Positions 19,843 to 30,478 of a DNA stretch of 64,000 bases are shown here, one piece after another. The notes beneath the pieces are model-generated. The model saw only the letters and a list, made by a program, of their open reading frames with translations, searched no databases and was not told the origin of the DNA. Position 1 is the stretch's first letter, and each line of letters opens with the position of its first letter. The stretch comes from Bacteroidota bacterium (GTDB taxonomy: Bacteria; Bacteroidota; Bacteroidia; Bacteroidales; FEN-979), in assembly GCA_043810345.1 (NCBI GenBank), contig JBDROF010000022.1:1351-65350 (forward strand). Direction: 5' to 3'. The position numbers were made by a program, and so were the translations under genes.

Positions 19843-22143
19843 ATGAATCGCTGGCAACAAATCATATTCACTTTTCACTTTTCACTTTTCACTCTGTTTT
19901 CCCCTTTCATTTTTTCCCAGAAGGTGGCACTAGTGCTTTCGGGTGGCGGGGCCAAAGGGGCAGCACACATTGGAGTGATCCGGGCACTGGAGGAACAGCA
20001 GATTCCGATCGATTACGTGGTTGGCACCTCCATCGGGGCCATTGTGGGAGCGCTTTACGCTATCGGGTATACCCCGGATGAGATGGAGGAGCTTATGGAC
20101 TCCCAGGAGTTCACCCATTGGGCCTCCGGGGTGATCGACGAACAGTACAAATATTATTTCCGGAAAGGCGATCCTAATGCTTCGTGGTTCTCCCTTGATT
20201 TTAATCCGAAGAAAAAGCTGACTACCGCGCTCCCAACCAACCTGATCAATCCGTATGAGATTGATTTTGAATTCATGCGCCTGCTTGCACCGGCATCGGC
20301 TGCCTGCGGATATAATTTTGACAACCTGATGATACCGTTTCGATGCGTTGTTGCCGACATTGATTCTACCAAACCACTGGTGATGCGCGGTGGGAACCTT
20401 AGTACAGCTGTTCGCGGATCCATGTCGATCCCACTGGTTTTCAATCCATTGCAATATGAAGGCAAATTGCTTTTCGACGGAGGGATGTATAATAATTTTC
20501 CAGCCAATGTGGCCAAGGAGAACTTCCATCCGGATGTGATCATCGGATCAAGGGTAGCCCAACGGTACGCCAAAGCAGATCCCGATGACGTGGTAAGCCA
20601 GTTGATGACGATGCTGATGGAGCGTCAGAGCGATACCATCACCTATCCGAACTCGGTGATGATCGTTCCGTCGATCCCCAAGATCAACCTGCTGGATTTT
20701 ACGCAGACGGACGTTCTTGCTGATAGCGGATATATTGCCGCAATGTCGATGATCCCTGAGATTCGCAAACTGGTCAGCGACAGTCTCCCTCCCGACGAGC
20801 TTCTCCGTAAACGAACCATATTTAAATCAAACGAACACAAACTGATCTTTGACTCGATCATCGTGAAGGGATTCTCCAGGGCTCAGACACAGTATTTACA
20901 AAAGGTACTGAAGCACAGCAAAGAGACGGTAACCATTTATGGACTAAAAAAAAACTATTTCCGTTTCATCGACGAAGGGTTTGCGAAGACCCTCTTTCCG
21001 GTGGCCAGATACAACCCTGAAACAGGGTATTACGATCTCTATCTTGATGTTCAGAAAGCGCCCAATTTCAATGTGCAATTCGGTGGAAATCTTTCCTTTG
21101 GGACCAGCAATGAAGGTTTTGTTCAGCTGCAATACCGGTACCTTTGGAACCACGCTTTCCGGGTTCTGGCTAATGGGTACTTCGGCAGATTTTACAATTC
21201 TTTGAAAGCAGAAGCACGCATTGATTTTACGTCAAAACTCCCTGGCTACCTTGAACTTTCCTACACTTATAACAGTTACAACTATTTCAAAAATACCACT
21301 TACTTCTTTGATGACCTCACCCCATCATACATCAAGCTTTGGGAGAGCTTCACCTCACTAAACGGAGGAATTCCGGTTACCAACAAGGGGAAGCTGAATA
21401 TCGGATTGATTAATGCGATCACCTCCGCTGATTACTACCAATCGAACGATTTTTCCCGTTTGGATACGGCCGATCAGACCAAATTCAACTTTTTCAGTCC
21501 ACGGTTCTGTTTCGAACTGAACAGCTTAAATCGCAAGCAATACGCTAATGCCGGAGCCCAATTACGCCTCTCCATCTCTTACATGAACGGGCAGGAAGTC
21601 TTCATCCCCGGTTCTCAAGCGGTCAATAAATCCGAGCAAACGAAGTTTCACGATTGGCTGGAGATCAGGGGCCTTTACGACAACTATTTCGAGACGATCG
21701 GTCCTTTGAAGCTTGGTTTCTTTGGAGAGCTCTGTATAACCAACCAACCCCTCTTCCGGAACTACACCTCCACCATGATTTATACCCCTGTTTTTCAGCC
21801 AATTCCGGAGATGCAATCCTTGTTTTTACCACATTTCCGGTCGACCATTTACCTGGCAGGAGGTTTGAAAGCCATCGTGAAAATCTTAAAAAACCTGGAG
21901 CTCCGGACTGAAGGCTATATCTTTCAGCCCTATCAGGAGATCCTGCAGGATCCAGCCGATTATTCTCCCCGTTATGGTCCGATCCTTAGTGACCGTTCTT
22001 ACATTGCAGCAGCCACCCTGGTCTACCATACCTTCCTGGGACCTCTGAGTGCCGGTGTCAGTTTCTACGACAAAATCCAGAATCCCTTTACTTTCAATCT
22101 CAATTTCGGATACATCATCTTTAACCGCAGTGCCTTGCCCTAA
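19843..22143 (+). CDS. Patatin-like phospholipase with probable C-terminal beta-barrel
   Basis: 'LSGGGAKG', 'GTSIG' (GxSxG), 'DGG'; aromatic beta-rich C-terminus; TTTTCAC-type array (19865-19892) in the signal peptide. Confidence 0.9.
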   Translation: MNRWQQIIFTFHFSLFTLFSPFIFSQKVALVLSGGGAKGAAHIGVIRALEEQQIPIDYVVGTSIGAIVGALYAIGYTPDEMEELMDSQEFTHWASGVIDEQYKYYFRKGDPNASWFSLDFNPKKKLTTALPTNLINPYEIDFEFMRLLAPASAACGYNFDNLMIPFRCVVADIDSTKPLVMRGGNLSTAVRGSMSIPLVFNPLQYEGKLLFDGGMYNNFPANVAKENFHPDVIIGSRVAQRYAKADPDDVVSQLMTMLMERQSDTITYPNSVMIVPSIPKINLLDFTQTDVLADSGYIAAMSMIPEIRKLVSDSLPPDELLRKRTIFKSNEHKLIFDSIIVKGFSRAQTQYLQKVLKHSKETVTIYGLKKNYFRFIDEGFAKTLFPVARYNPETGYYDLYLDVQKAPNFNVQFGGNLSFGTSNEGFVQLQYRYLWNHAFRVLANGYFGRFYNSLKAEARIDFTSKLPGYLELSYTYNSYNYFKNTTYFFDDLTPSYIKLWESFTSLNGGIPVTNKGKLNIGLINAITSADYYQSNDFSRLDTADQTKFNFFSPRFCFELNSLNRKQYANAGAQLRLSISYMNGQEVFIPGSQAVNKSEQTKFHDWLEIRGLYDNYFETIGPLKLGFFGELCITNQPLFRNYTSTMIYTPVFQPIPEMQSLFLPHFRSTIYLAGGLKAIVKILKNLELRTEGYIFQPYQEILQDPADYSPRYGPILSDRSYIAAATLVYHTFLGPLSAGVSFYDKIQNPFTFNLNFGYIIFNRSALP

Positions 22144-22251
22144 CCGTTGTAATTTTGATTTATCAGAATAAATGCTACTTTTGCATTGCGTAACTCGACT
22201 TACCGGCATTGTTCGGAACCTTTAGATTATTTATATGACGTTTGTTAACTC

Positions 22252-24420
22252 ATGGAAAACAAAGAGCACACCGATCAGAATCCTGATCTGGAACAGAAAC
22301 CAGTTCAGGAGGAGAATCCTTCACCTGTTGAATTAACTGAAACCACTGCAGACACTCCAGAAAGCGTTCTGGAGATATCTGATACTACCGAAGAGAAACC
22401 TACCCTACCTGACGCAGCTGAATCTGAAACTCCCGCTGCACCTGTCGAAATCACCACTTCTGTTAATGAAGTTTCTCCAGTTAATCTACCGGAGGAAGAG
22501 GCTGTTGTCAAAACTCCGGCAGTGGAAGAGGATTCCACCGAGGAGAATGTCCCTGCTGCAGAACCTTCTAGCCAAAAGAAAGAGGGTAAAGCGAAAGTGA
22601 AAAAGAAAGAGATTAAAAAACAAGAGAAAGAGGAGAAGAAAGAAGAAGAGACGAAAGAGGAAGAGGAGGAGGAGGAAGTCGATGAAGATGACGCTGAGCA
22701 TCACGACTCCGAAGAGGATCTCAATCAAGTTAGCCGGGAACAGCTTCTCGAATTACTTGAGGTTGCGGTAACTGAGCCCGATCTCAATCTGGTAAAAACC
22801 CGGATTGCTCTGATTAAAATGGCGTTCCTGAAGAAGCGGGATGAGCTGCACGAACAGGTTGATCTGGATGAACAGAAGGATGAGGAAGCCCTGAAGAGGC
22901 CTGACCAGGATGAACTGAATGCTCGTTTTGATGAGCTGTTCAGCATTTACAAAGCAAACAAAAGCCGTTTCAATGCGGAGCAGGAAAAGCTTAAGAAGGA
23001 GAACCTGGTGCGGAAAAACCAAATCCTTGAGAAGCTTCGGAACCTGATCAACTCGGAGGAGACCCTGAAAAAGACCTACGATGAGTTCAGGCTCTTGCAG
23101 GATCAATGGAAAGATATCGGGATGGTGCCCCGGAACGAGATCAACAACCTCTGGCAGAATTATCACTTCCTGGTTGAAAAGTTTTTCGAAAAAGTCAAGC
23201 TGAATAAAGAGCTCAAAGATCTTGATCTGAAGAAAAACATGGAAGCCAAGATCGAACTGTGCGAAAGGACCGAAGAGTTACTGCTTGAGCCATCTATCCT
23301 GAAATCGTTCAAGCAGTTGCAAAAGTATCACGACGAATGGAAGGAGATCGGCCCGGTACCAACAGATAAAAATGACGAAATCTGGGAGCGTTTCAAGACC
23401 GCAACTGACAAGATTAACGAACGCCGCCGGGACTATTATGCCACCCTTGAAGAAGAGCAAAATAAAAACCTGGAAACTAAATATGCATTGTGCCAGCAGG
23501 CTGAAGAGATTCTGACTATACGGAACGAGACGGTCAAAGAATGGCAGGAAAACACTCAGAAGGTCAATGAGTTACTTAGTATCTGGAAAAGTGTGGGACC
23601 CGTTCCCCAGAAACACAACGCCGAGATCTGGACCCAGTTCAAAGGTTGTCTGGATAACTTCTTCGCCAGCAAAAAAGAATTTTTCAACCGGGTGAAGGAT
23701 CAGCAGATGCACAACTACAACCTTAAAGTGGACCTTTGTTTACAGGCAGAGGCGATCAAGAGCAACACCGACTGGAAGAAGACTACCAATGACCTCATCC
23801 GGCTCCAGGGAGAGTGGAAAAGAATTGGTCCGGTGCCCCGTAAGCATTCCGACAAAATATGGAAACGGTTCCGGGCTGCGTGTGATGAGTTCTTCAAAGC
23901 GAAATCAACCTATTTTACCAACATCCACACGCATGAAGAAGATAACATGAATTTGAAGGAGGAATTGCTGAAGAAGCTAACAGAACACCAGTTTTGTGAT
24001 GATAAAAACAAGAACCTGGAGGATCTGAAGAATTTTCAACGGGAGTGGACTCAGATAGGTCATGTGCCTATTAAAGAACGTGATCGGTTACAGAATGAAT
24101 TCCGGAAACTGGTCAACGAGCACCTCGATAAGCTGAAGATCAGTGAAGTTGAAATGACTACCGTGAGCTATCAAACCAAGATGGAGTCGATGAAGAACGA
24201 TCCTCAGGCGAGGAGGTTACTTGGCCGTGAACGGGATACCATGATGGCGAAGATCAACAAACTCCGCGATGATATCAATCTGTGGGAAAACAACATCGGC
24301 TTCCTCGCCAACTCGAAAAATGCCAACATTCTGAAGAAGGAATTTGAAAATAAGATCGAAAAATCGAAAAACGAGTTGAAAGTGATGGAGGCGAAGCTGA
24401 AGATCCTGCGCCAGCAGTGA
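22252..24420 (+). CDS. DUF349 domain protein
   Basis: Repeated 'WKxIGPVP...IWxRF' units and acidic low-complexity N-terminus; TACTTTTG box at 22176-22183. Confidence 0.9.
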   Translation: MENKEHTDQNPDLEQKPVQEENPSPVELTETTADTPESVLEISDTTEEKPTLPDAAESETPAAPVEITTSVNEVSPVNLPEEEAVVKTPAVEEDSTEENVPAAEPSSQKKEGKAKVKKKEIKKQEKEEKKEEETKEEEEEEEVDEDDAEHHDSEEDLNQVSREQLLELLEVAVTEPDLNLVKTRIALIKMAFLKKRDELHEQVDLDEQKDEEALKRPDQDELNARFDELFSIYKANKSRFNAEQEKLKKENLVRKNQILEKLRNLINSEETLKKTYDEFRLLQDQWKDIGMVPRNEINNLWQNYHFLVEKFFEKVKLNKELKDLDLKKNMEAKIELCERTEELLLEPSILKSFKQLQKYHDEWKEIGPVPTDKNDEIWERFKTATDKINERRRDYYATLEEEQNKNLETKYALCQQAEEILTIRNETVKEWQENTQKVNELLSIWKSVGPVPQKHNAEIWTQFKGCLDNFFASKKEFFNRVKDQQMHNYNLKVDLCLQAEAIKSNTDWKKTTNDLIRLQGEWKRIGPVPRKHSDKIWKRFRAACDEFFKAKSTYFTNIHTHEEDNMNLKEELLKKLTEHQFCDDKNKNLEDLKNFQREWTQIGHVPIKERDRLQNEFRKLVNEHLDKLKISEVEMTTVSYQTKMESMKNDPQARRLLGRERDTMMAKINKLRDDINLWENNIGFLANSKNANILKKEFENKIEKSKNELKVMEAKLKILRQQ

Positions 24421-24514
24421 GACGAAGGATGAGGGACGAAGGACGAAGGAAGAGGGAAGAGGATAGATCGCTCAGGGCTCAGAGCACAGAAAATCGGAGA
24501 TCGAAAATCGAATC
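24417..24514 (+). repeat. Intergenic drifting heptamer array (~14 units)
   Basis: gtgagac gaaggat gagggac gaaggac gaaggaa gagggaa gaggata gatcgct cagggct cagagca cagaaaa tcggaga tcgaaaa tcgaatc. Confidence 0.7.
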
Positions 24515-24529
24515 AATCGGAGATCAAGC

Positions 24530-25591
24530 GTGGCTGGTAATTCAATAGGAAAAAACCTCGTGCTGACCACCTTTGGTGAGTCGCACGGACCGGCCATTGG
24601 GGGTGTGCTGGATGGTTTCCCTGCCGGGATCGCCATTGACCTTGATTTCATCCAGTCGGAGATCAATCGTAGGAATCCGGCAAAATATCCGTTTGCTACG
24701 CCACGCAAAGAGGACGATAAACTGGAGATCCTCTCCGGCCTGTATAAAGGCATATCGACCGGAACTCCCATTGCATTTTTGATCCGGAACAAAGATCAGC
24801 GTCCTCAGGATTACGACCACCTGAAAGATCTCTACCGTCCCTCTCATGCTGATTTTACCTACGAAGCCAAATATGGGATTCGCGATCCACGTGGAGGTGG
24901 AAGGGCTTCGGCGCGTACCACCCTGGCCGTGGTGGCCGGAGGAGCGTTTGCAAAACAGTTTCTTTCCCTGCATGACATCTCGATCACAGGTTATGTGTCA
25001 CAGATTGGCCCCTTTACACTTCCCCAGGGATTTGTTTTATCCGATCTGGCCCTGGTCAGACTCTCTCCTCTTGCCTGTCCTCACGAAAAGACCACTCAAA
25101 AGATGATGGACTACCTGGATGGATTGAAAAAGGTGGGGGATACGGCTGGCGGGGCGATATCCTGCATCCTTCATGGCGTACCGGCCGGATTGGGAGATCC
25201 GGTCTTTGACAAGCTTCAGGCTGACCTGGCCAAATCGATGCTGAGCATCAATTGCGTGAAAGGTTTTGAATATGGTTCCGGATTTCGGGCTGCTGGAATG
25301 AAAGGGTCGGAGCACAACGATGAGTTTATCCTTCAGGATAACCTGATCAAAACCAAAACCAACCACTCAGGGGGCATCCAGGGAGGCATCTCCAACGGGA
25401 TGGACATCACCTTTAACATTGTTTTCAAGCCCATTTCAACACTGAGCATGGAGCAGCAAACCATCAACAAAGCGGGTGACCAGATTACTTACAAAGCCGA
25501 AGGCCGTCATGATGTATGTGTCGTTCCCCGCGCCGTACCGATTGTAGAGGCGATGGCGGCACTGGTGCTGGCTGACAAGTTGGACAAGTGA
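24530..25591 (+). CDS. aroC: Chorismate synthase
   Basis: 'TTFGESHG', 'RPSHADF', 'GGGRASAR', 'GGIQGGISNG', 'GRHDVCVVPRA'; GTG start. Confidence 0.97.
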   Translation: MAGNSIGKNLVLTTFGESHGPAIGGVLDGFPAGIAIDLDFIQSEINRRNPAKYPFATPRKEDDKLEILSGLYKGISTGTPIAFLIRNKDQRPQDYDHLKDLYRPSHADFTYEAKYGIRDPRGGGRASARTTLAVVAGGAFAKQFLSLHDISITGYVSQIGPFTLPQGFVLSDLALVRLSPLACPHEKTTQKMMDYLDGLKKVGDTAGGAISCILHGVPAGLGDPVFDKLQADLAKSMLSINCVKGFEYGSGFRAAGMKGSEHNDEFILQDNLIKTKTNHSGGIQGGISNGMDITFNIVFKPISTLSMEQQTINKAGDQITYKAEGRHDVCVVPRAVPIVEAMAALVLADKLDK

Positions 25592-25748
25592 GATCTGAAA
25601 TCCGTCAACATGAAACAGATCCACGAGCGCTGGTATTGCTTTACAAACGTCAGGAGATTTTTGGTGACTAATTCTTTTTCATGCAACTCATTAAAACTCT
25701 TCTCTTATTCTCCAATCCGCATTGAAAGCGGAAAGGGGGACAGATTTG

Positions 25749-26963
25749 TTATCTTATGATCAGCTTCCGGGAGATCATAAAATCCAGGCCTTTCAATTCT
25801 GTAAGATAGATTCCGGGAATGAACCCGGAGCAATCAATCACAATGTTCCCGGTCGACAGGTCTGTTTCGGTTTGCCAGACTTTCTTTCCGTTCAGATTGA
25901 AAACGCTAAGAGTTGCGGGCGACACATGCTGGAGCGGTTGAAATGAAAGGACCGCCAAGGTTGTCGCAGGATTTGGTTGAATGGATAGGGAAAATGGGAT
26001 GGGGCGGTTTTGTTCAGGAATATTGAGAAAATAGTCATAGGAGACATACGCTCCGTTTTCAGTACAACAAAACAATGCAATCGCGCTCATCGTTGGATTA
26101 TGCGTAACCTGGTTGATGATCAGGTTGGGCAGATTGTCATTGATGAACGTCAGAGAAGCTGTTTCGGGATGATACCAGGCAACTCCCTGCTCAGGTGACG
26201 AAGGATTATCTCCCCATCCCACAAACACATTTGCATAATCAAAACCTACACAACTCATCTCTGTCGACCAGAATTCAACCTCCCATGTCTGGCCGAAATC
26301 ACTAGATGACCATAAACCTGATGAATAACTGCCATCAGGGAAAATACCATAGAGAAGTCCTTCCTGATCAAACCCGAGGCAACTGATCATTGGACTGGTG
26401 GGATTCAGGGTCCAGGTAGTTCCGGAATCATCCGAAAACCATACTCCATACAGATTATCCATTTCGGAAACCACAAAATGGTTCTCATAGGTATCCATCG
26501 TAACGATGGCTTTGTTATTGAATGTGTCCACCGGCGTCCAGGAATATCCATCAGGTGACGTAAGAAGCCCAAGGTGATGACCGATGTAATAGGTTTGTTC
26601 CCCTTCGCAATACGTAATAAACTGCGGACTTTCAATAAATTGAATCAGCTCAAACTGGCCGTTAACGGGATTGTACTGATAAATCCCATCGGAATCTGTA
26701 CCATCGCCCATGACGACCAGAATTTTCTCACCATCAAGATAGCTGGCATCAAGAACCGGCAATATGGCCGGATGATTTGTCCAGGTTTGTGTGACCAGAT
26801 CGTACAAATACAACCCGCCATCATGACAAACACCCCAATGGTTATTCAAATCCAGGTAAAACCGTATCCGGTTCGCCTGGATCCCTTCCGGGCCAAACGG
26901 GGACCATGTGGCATGAACCTGCAACGAGATAACAATGCCCAGGATAAATAAACTTCTTTTCAT
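25749..26963 (-). CDS. T9SS-secreted beta-propeller protein
   Basis: Signal peptide from MKRSLF; Asp-box-like SxDxGxTW motifs; C-terminal 'QPNPA...GIY...RKLIIR' sorting domain. Confidence 0.8.
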   Translation of the reverse strand: MKRSLFILGIVISLQVHATWSPFGPEGIQANRIRFYLDLNNHWGVCHDGGLYLYDLVTQTWTNHPAILPVLDASYLDGEKILVVMGDGTDSDGIYQYNPVNGQFELIQFIESPQFITYCEGEQTYYIGHHLGLLTSPDGYSWTPVDTFNNKAIVTMDTYENHFVVSEMDNLYGVWFSDDSGTTWTLNPTSPMISCLGFDQEGLLYGIFPDGSYSSGLWSSSDFGQTWEVEFWSTEMSCVGFDYANVFVGWGDNPSSPEQGVAWYHPETASLTFINDNLPNLIINQVTHNPTMSAIALFCCTENGAYVSYDYFLNIPEQNRPIPFSLSIQPNPATTLAVLSFQPLQHVSPATLSVFNLNGKKVWQTETDLSTGNIVIDCSGFIPGIYLTELKGLDFMISRKLIIR

Positions 26964-26988
26964 AACATCGAACTTTGACATCTGACTT

Positions 26989-28041
26989 CTATCTCGGTTC
27001 CTGCTGGCTCAGACAGTGCCAACTCCCCAATCCCCAGATGATCTCCACGGAATCGATTCCCACTACCCGGCGGTCGGGGAAACACTCTTCAAGGATGGAT
27101 AGGGCCACATCGTCTTCGCGACAACGGTAGGTTGGGACAATCACGGCATGGTTTGAGATATAAAAATTAGCATAGGATGCCGGCAGGCGTTGATCTTCGT
27201 AAACGACTGGTTTGGGCATAGGTAGTTCAACGACATCCAGTTGTTTTCCGTTCAGCAACCTAAATCTCTTCAACTTCTTCAGATTTTCTTTGAGCGACTT
27301 GTGGTTGGCGTCGAACTTACTGGGTTCCACCATGGTAATCACGCCGTCATCCTTGAAAAACCGGGTCACATCATCTATATGACCATTGGTATCGTCACCG
27401 TCGATCCCTTCATCCAGCCAGAGGACCTGATCCACTCCGTAAAAATTTTGCAGGTACTCTTCGATTTCATGCTGGAAAAGGTCGGAGTTGCGGCTTTCAT
27501 GGAGCAGACAGGATGTGGTGGTTAACAAGGTTCCCTTTCCGTTAAATTCAACTGCACCTCCTTCCATCACGATACCGGGATAAAAGACGGGGATATCCAG
27601 GTATTGCCCCACAAGCATGGGAATCTTATCATCCAGATCGTGAGGGTATTTGTCGCCCCATGCATTGTATCTCCAGCCGACAATCACTTTGGGATCCTTG
27701 GCTTCCGGATTGATCAGGAAAGCCGGACCATGATCGCGGCACCAGGCGTCATTGGTTGGGTTAAGATAGAAGATGATCTGTTCCATCCCGGTTCCCAGCT
27801 TCTCCAGCTCTTTCGTTGCCCATGCCTGCAGTTTTTTGTCACGGATGTTGATGCATACCTCCTCCCCCTTCGCAATCTCTTTAATAAACCTATTGAAATG
27901 GGGATATATTCTGGATAGCGTTCCTGGCCAGGAGTAGGAATCTCCATGAGGATAACTTAACCAGGTAGCCCGGTGCGGCTCCCATTCTGCCGGAAACCGG
28001 TAGCCGAGCTCTTTTGGTGTATGTTGTTCAAGGTCAAACAT
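26989..28041 (-). CDS. aguA: Agmatine/peptidyl-arginine deiminase family protein
   Basis: 'PAEWEPH', 'WCRDHGP', 'EGG', 'DTNGHID', 'ASYANFY', 'GSWHCLSQQEP'. Confidence 0.9.
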   Translation of the reverse strand: MFDLEQHTPKELGYRFPAEWEPHRATWLSYPHGDSYSWPGTLSRIYPHFNRFIKEIAKGEEVCINIRDKKLQAWATKELEKLGTGMEQIIFYLNPTNDAWCRDHGPAFLINPEAKDPKVIVGWRYNAWGDKYPHDLDDKIPMLVGQYLDIPVFYPGIVMEGGAVEFNGKGTLLTTTSCLLHESRNSDLFQHEIEEYLQNFYGVDQVLWLDEGIDGDDTNGHIDDVTRFFKDDGVITMVEPSKFDANHKSLKENLKKLKRFRLLNGKQLDVVELPMPKPVVYEDQRLPASYANFYISNHAVIVPTYRCREDDVALSILEECFPDRRVVGIDSVEIIWGLGSWHCLSQQEPR

Positions 28042-28045
28042 TTAA

Positions 28046-28177
28046 ATCATTGCACATCATTGCACATCATTGCACATCATTGCCATCATTGCCATCATTG
28101 CCATCATTGCCATCATTGCCATCATTGCACATCATTGCCATCATTGCACATCATTGCCATCATTGCACATCATTGCC
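28046..28177. repeat. Tandem array of 14 units mixing a 10-mer (ATCATTGCAC) and a 9-mer (ATCATTGCC)
   Basis: Unit order 10,10,10,9,9,9,9,9,10,9,10,9,10,9 with no spacers. Confidence 0.95.
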
Positions 28178-28253
28178 ATCAATCTTGAGCTATAATGCGC
28201 AATAAAGATAGTTGGAATTTTTAAAATTTCCATTACTTTTGCTGTCCCAATCT

Positions 28254-28326
<73 letters not shown>

Positions 28327-28339
28327 CCCTGATGAAAAA

Positions 28340-28411
28340 GTAGTGAGGTAGTGAGGTAGCGAGGTAGTAAAATTATTAAATGGCGAAATGGTGAAAACTG
28401 ATTCGCCATTT
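28340..28411 (+). repeat. Octamer repeats (GTAGTGAG type x4) and a hairpin downstream of the tRNA, possible terminator
   Basis: gtagtgag gtagtgag gtagcgag gtagtaaa; AAATGGCGAA (28378-28387) pairs with TTCGCCATTT (28402-28411). Confidence 0.55.
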
Positions 28412-28436
28412 TGCATTTTAGCATACCTTTGCCCCC

Positions 28437-30362
28437 ATGAAAGGGAATCTGTTTGAAACCAACAAATCACTCTGCTACTTTGCTTTGCTGATCATTGTTT
28501 TCATTACTTTTTATCCTTTTTTCCTTAGCGGGTTCGGATGCGCCGATGACATTCAGAATTATCTTGTTCTCAAATCGGGGGGTACGTGGCCGAACATGAT
28601 CTGGCTGGCCAAATTCGCAGGAAGGTTTTACTACCTGATCGTTCACCCGGTATACATGGTTCCCTACCTGGCTGATTCCATGTTTGTAACCAAGCTGTTC
28701 CATCATATTCCCCTGATCATTGGAATCGTTCTGTTTGCTGTCATTCTCTTCAGGATGAACCGCTCCCGGGAACTTTCATTGTTCTACCTGCTGATCTTCC
28801 TTACCGTGGCACAGGCTTCAAAACATACCTCCCTGTTTTTAAACTATCCGTTTTTCTTTACCTTTTCCTTCGATCTGCTGTTGATTTCATTCCTTCTCCT
28901 TCTCAGTTATTTCGATACGTCCCGGAAGTACCATCTGGTTCTCTCCGTGATCCTGTTTGCCGTCGTGTTGCTGTTCAGTGAAATTTACCTTGTTTATCTG
29001 CTCATCTTCGCCATTACCATTGTGATCTATGTTGCCCAAAACGAATCCAGTGCTGTTGCACTGCTAAAACGTGCCGGTCTCATAATACTCCCTTTCCTCG
29101 GGGTGGCCGCACTGTACCTGGCTGCCTATTTCCTTTACCGGGTTTACTACCCCTCGCACTACATCGGCACCATGATTGATACAAAAAACGTTGACTTCCC
29201 CGGGTTTTTCAATGCTCTCTGGAACCTCTCCTATGCTTCATACCCTCTTACCATGTTCGAAGAAAATCGCCATCTCCTCAACATGAAATCCGAATTGATA
29301 GGGGGACATTCACCCGTTGTCCTGAATATCCTTCTGAACGCCAGGATCGAATGGATCATCAAAGGAATCTGTGTGGCCCTGACAGGATTTATCCTCCTTA
29401 CAGGGATTCACCGCATCAGTTACAAAACTCTTCTTGCCGGATCAGGCCTGGCCGTGTTGCTGATCTTCCTACCGCAGATTCCTCTGGCCATAACGGTGAA
29501 ATACATCTCCCATGTGGAGGGAGGGATGAAAGGGTACATCCCCGCATTTTTCTCAATGTTCGGAACGGTGCTGTTGCTCAGCCTCCTCCTCGGATACCTG
29601 GTCAGCTTATTGCATTTCAACCGCTTCGTCAAGATCAGCGTGATTTTCCTTTTTGCCTCCGGATTGTTTGTTCTCTCCGTCCTGACTGACCTCAACAATT
29701 ATACGGTTGCGAAAGATACGAGACGGGCTAACATCCGGTTCTACGCAATGGATGAACTGATGAAGACCCCGTCATTCCAGTCAATCCCTTCCCAGGCCAC
29801 GCTGTACACCCAGGAGCTGTACCGGCATACTTCTCAACAGTACGGCGGACTTACCGAACAGGGCTTCAACTGGGGGAAGTACATTACCGCCCGTACCGGG
29901 ATCACCTATCAGGTCTTCAGATATTTTAAGGATATCCCGGTTCCCCTTCCCGGTCAGGAAAAGCCCATCTATTCGATGGCAGCCCAACAGGCGGCAAAGA
30001 GTGATGAGTTGCTGCTGGTGCTTGCCAGGTTGCCACAAAAAACCACAGAGGAGGATCAGCCGGCGCAATTTGCCGACCAGGTATGGCTCCTCTACTATTC
30101 GGCATACAAGATCTTTTCAATCGGTTTCAACACGCGGGACGAATTTATTGATGTCGATACCCCCTTGTACGTGAACAACCGGTCCCTGATGGTCAGACCG
30201 GGAAGAAACATTGAGCTGACCATTAACAATCCACAGCTGACACAACCGGCCACCTTTTTCACCATCCAGACACCAGGCATTGATCTGAAAAGCATCCGGA
30301 TTTCCGATATCGTGGATATGGAATGTCCGGTATTTACCATCCGGCCTGACCAATTAAAGTAA
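28437..30362 (+). CDS. Multi-pass membrane protein, possible GT-C-fold glycosyltransferase
   Basis: ~11 hydrophobic segments; acidic 'DD' after TM1 followed by 'GRF'; soluble C-terminal domain; adjacent to a GT2. Confidence 0.6.
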   Translation: MKGNLFETNKSLCYFALLIIVFITFYPFFLSGFGCADDIQNYLVLKSGGTWPNMIWLAKFAGRFYYLIVHPVYMVPYLADSMFVTKLFHHIPLIIGIVLFAVILFRMNRSRELSLFYLLIFLTVAQASKHTSLFLNYPFFFTFSFDLLLISFLLLLSYFDTSRKYHLVLSVILFAVVLLFSEIYLVYLLIFAITIVIYVAQNESSAVALLKRAGLIILPFLGVAALYLAAYFLYRVYYPSHYIGTMIDTKNVDFPGFFNALWNLSYASYPLTMFEENRHLLNMKSELIGGHSPVVLNILLNARIEWIIKGICVALTGFILLTGIHRISYKTLLAGSGLAVLLIFLPQIPLAITVKYISHVEGGMKGYIPAFFSMFGTVLLLSLLLGYLVSLLHFNRFVKISVIFLFASGLFVLSVLTDLNNYTVAKDTRRANIRFYAMDELMKTPSFQSIPSQATLYTQELYRHTSQQYGGLTEQGFNWGKYITARTGITYQVFRYFKDIPVPLPGQEKPIYSMAAQQAAKSDELLLVLARLPQKTTEEDQPAQFADQVWLLYYSAYKIFSIGFNTRDEFIDVDTPLYVNNRSLMVRPGRNIELTINNPQLTQPATFFTIQTPGIDLKSIRISDIVDMECPVFTIRPDQLK

Positions 30363-30478
30363 TTGCTCCCAAACAGACCTAATGTCTTCTAACAATATAT
30401 TGTTATTTTTGAACAGGCAAGTGTTAATCATTTTGAAATCTCATTCAGCATCGGTATACAATCAATCCAAATCTTTAT

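Noticed and set aside
22252-22720. Acidic/lysine-rich low-complexity stretch as a separate element
   Set aside because: An ordinary disordered N-terminus for DUF349 proteins
28046-28177. CRISPR array
   Set aside because: Units are 9-10 bp, contiguous, without spacers, and no cas genes are present
27973-28205. His/Cys-rich (HHC)n or (LPS)n small proteins
   Set aside because: They are translations of the tandem array and overlap the deiminase gene on the other strand
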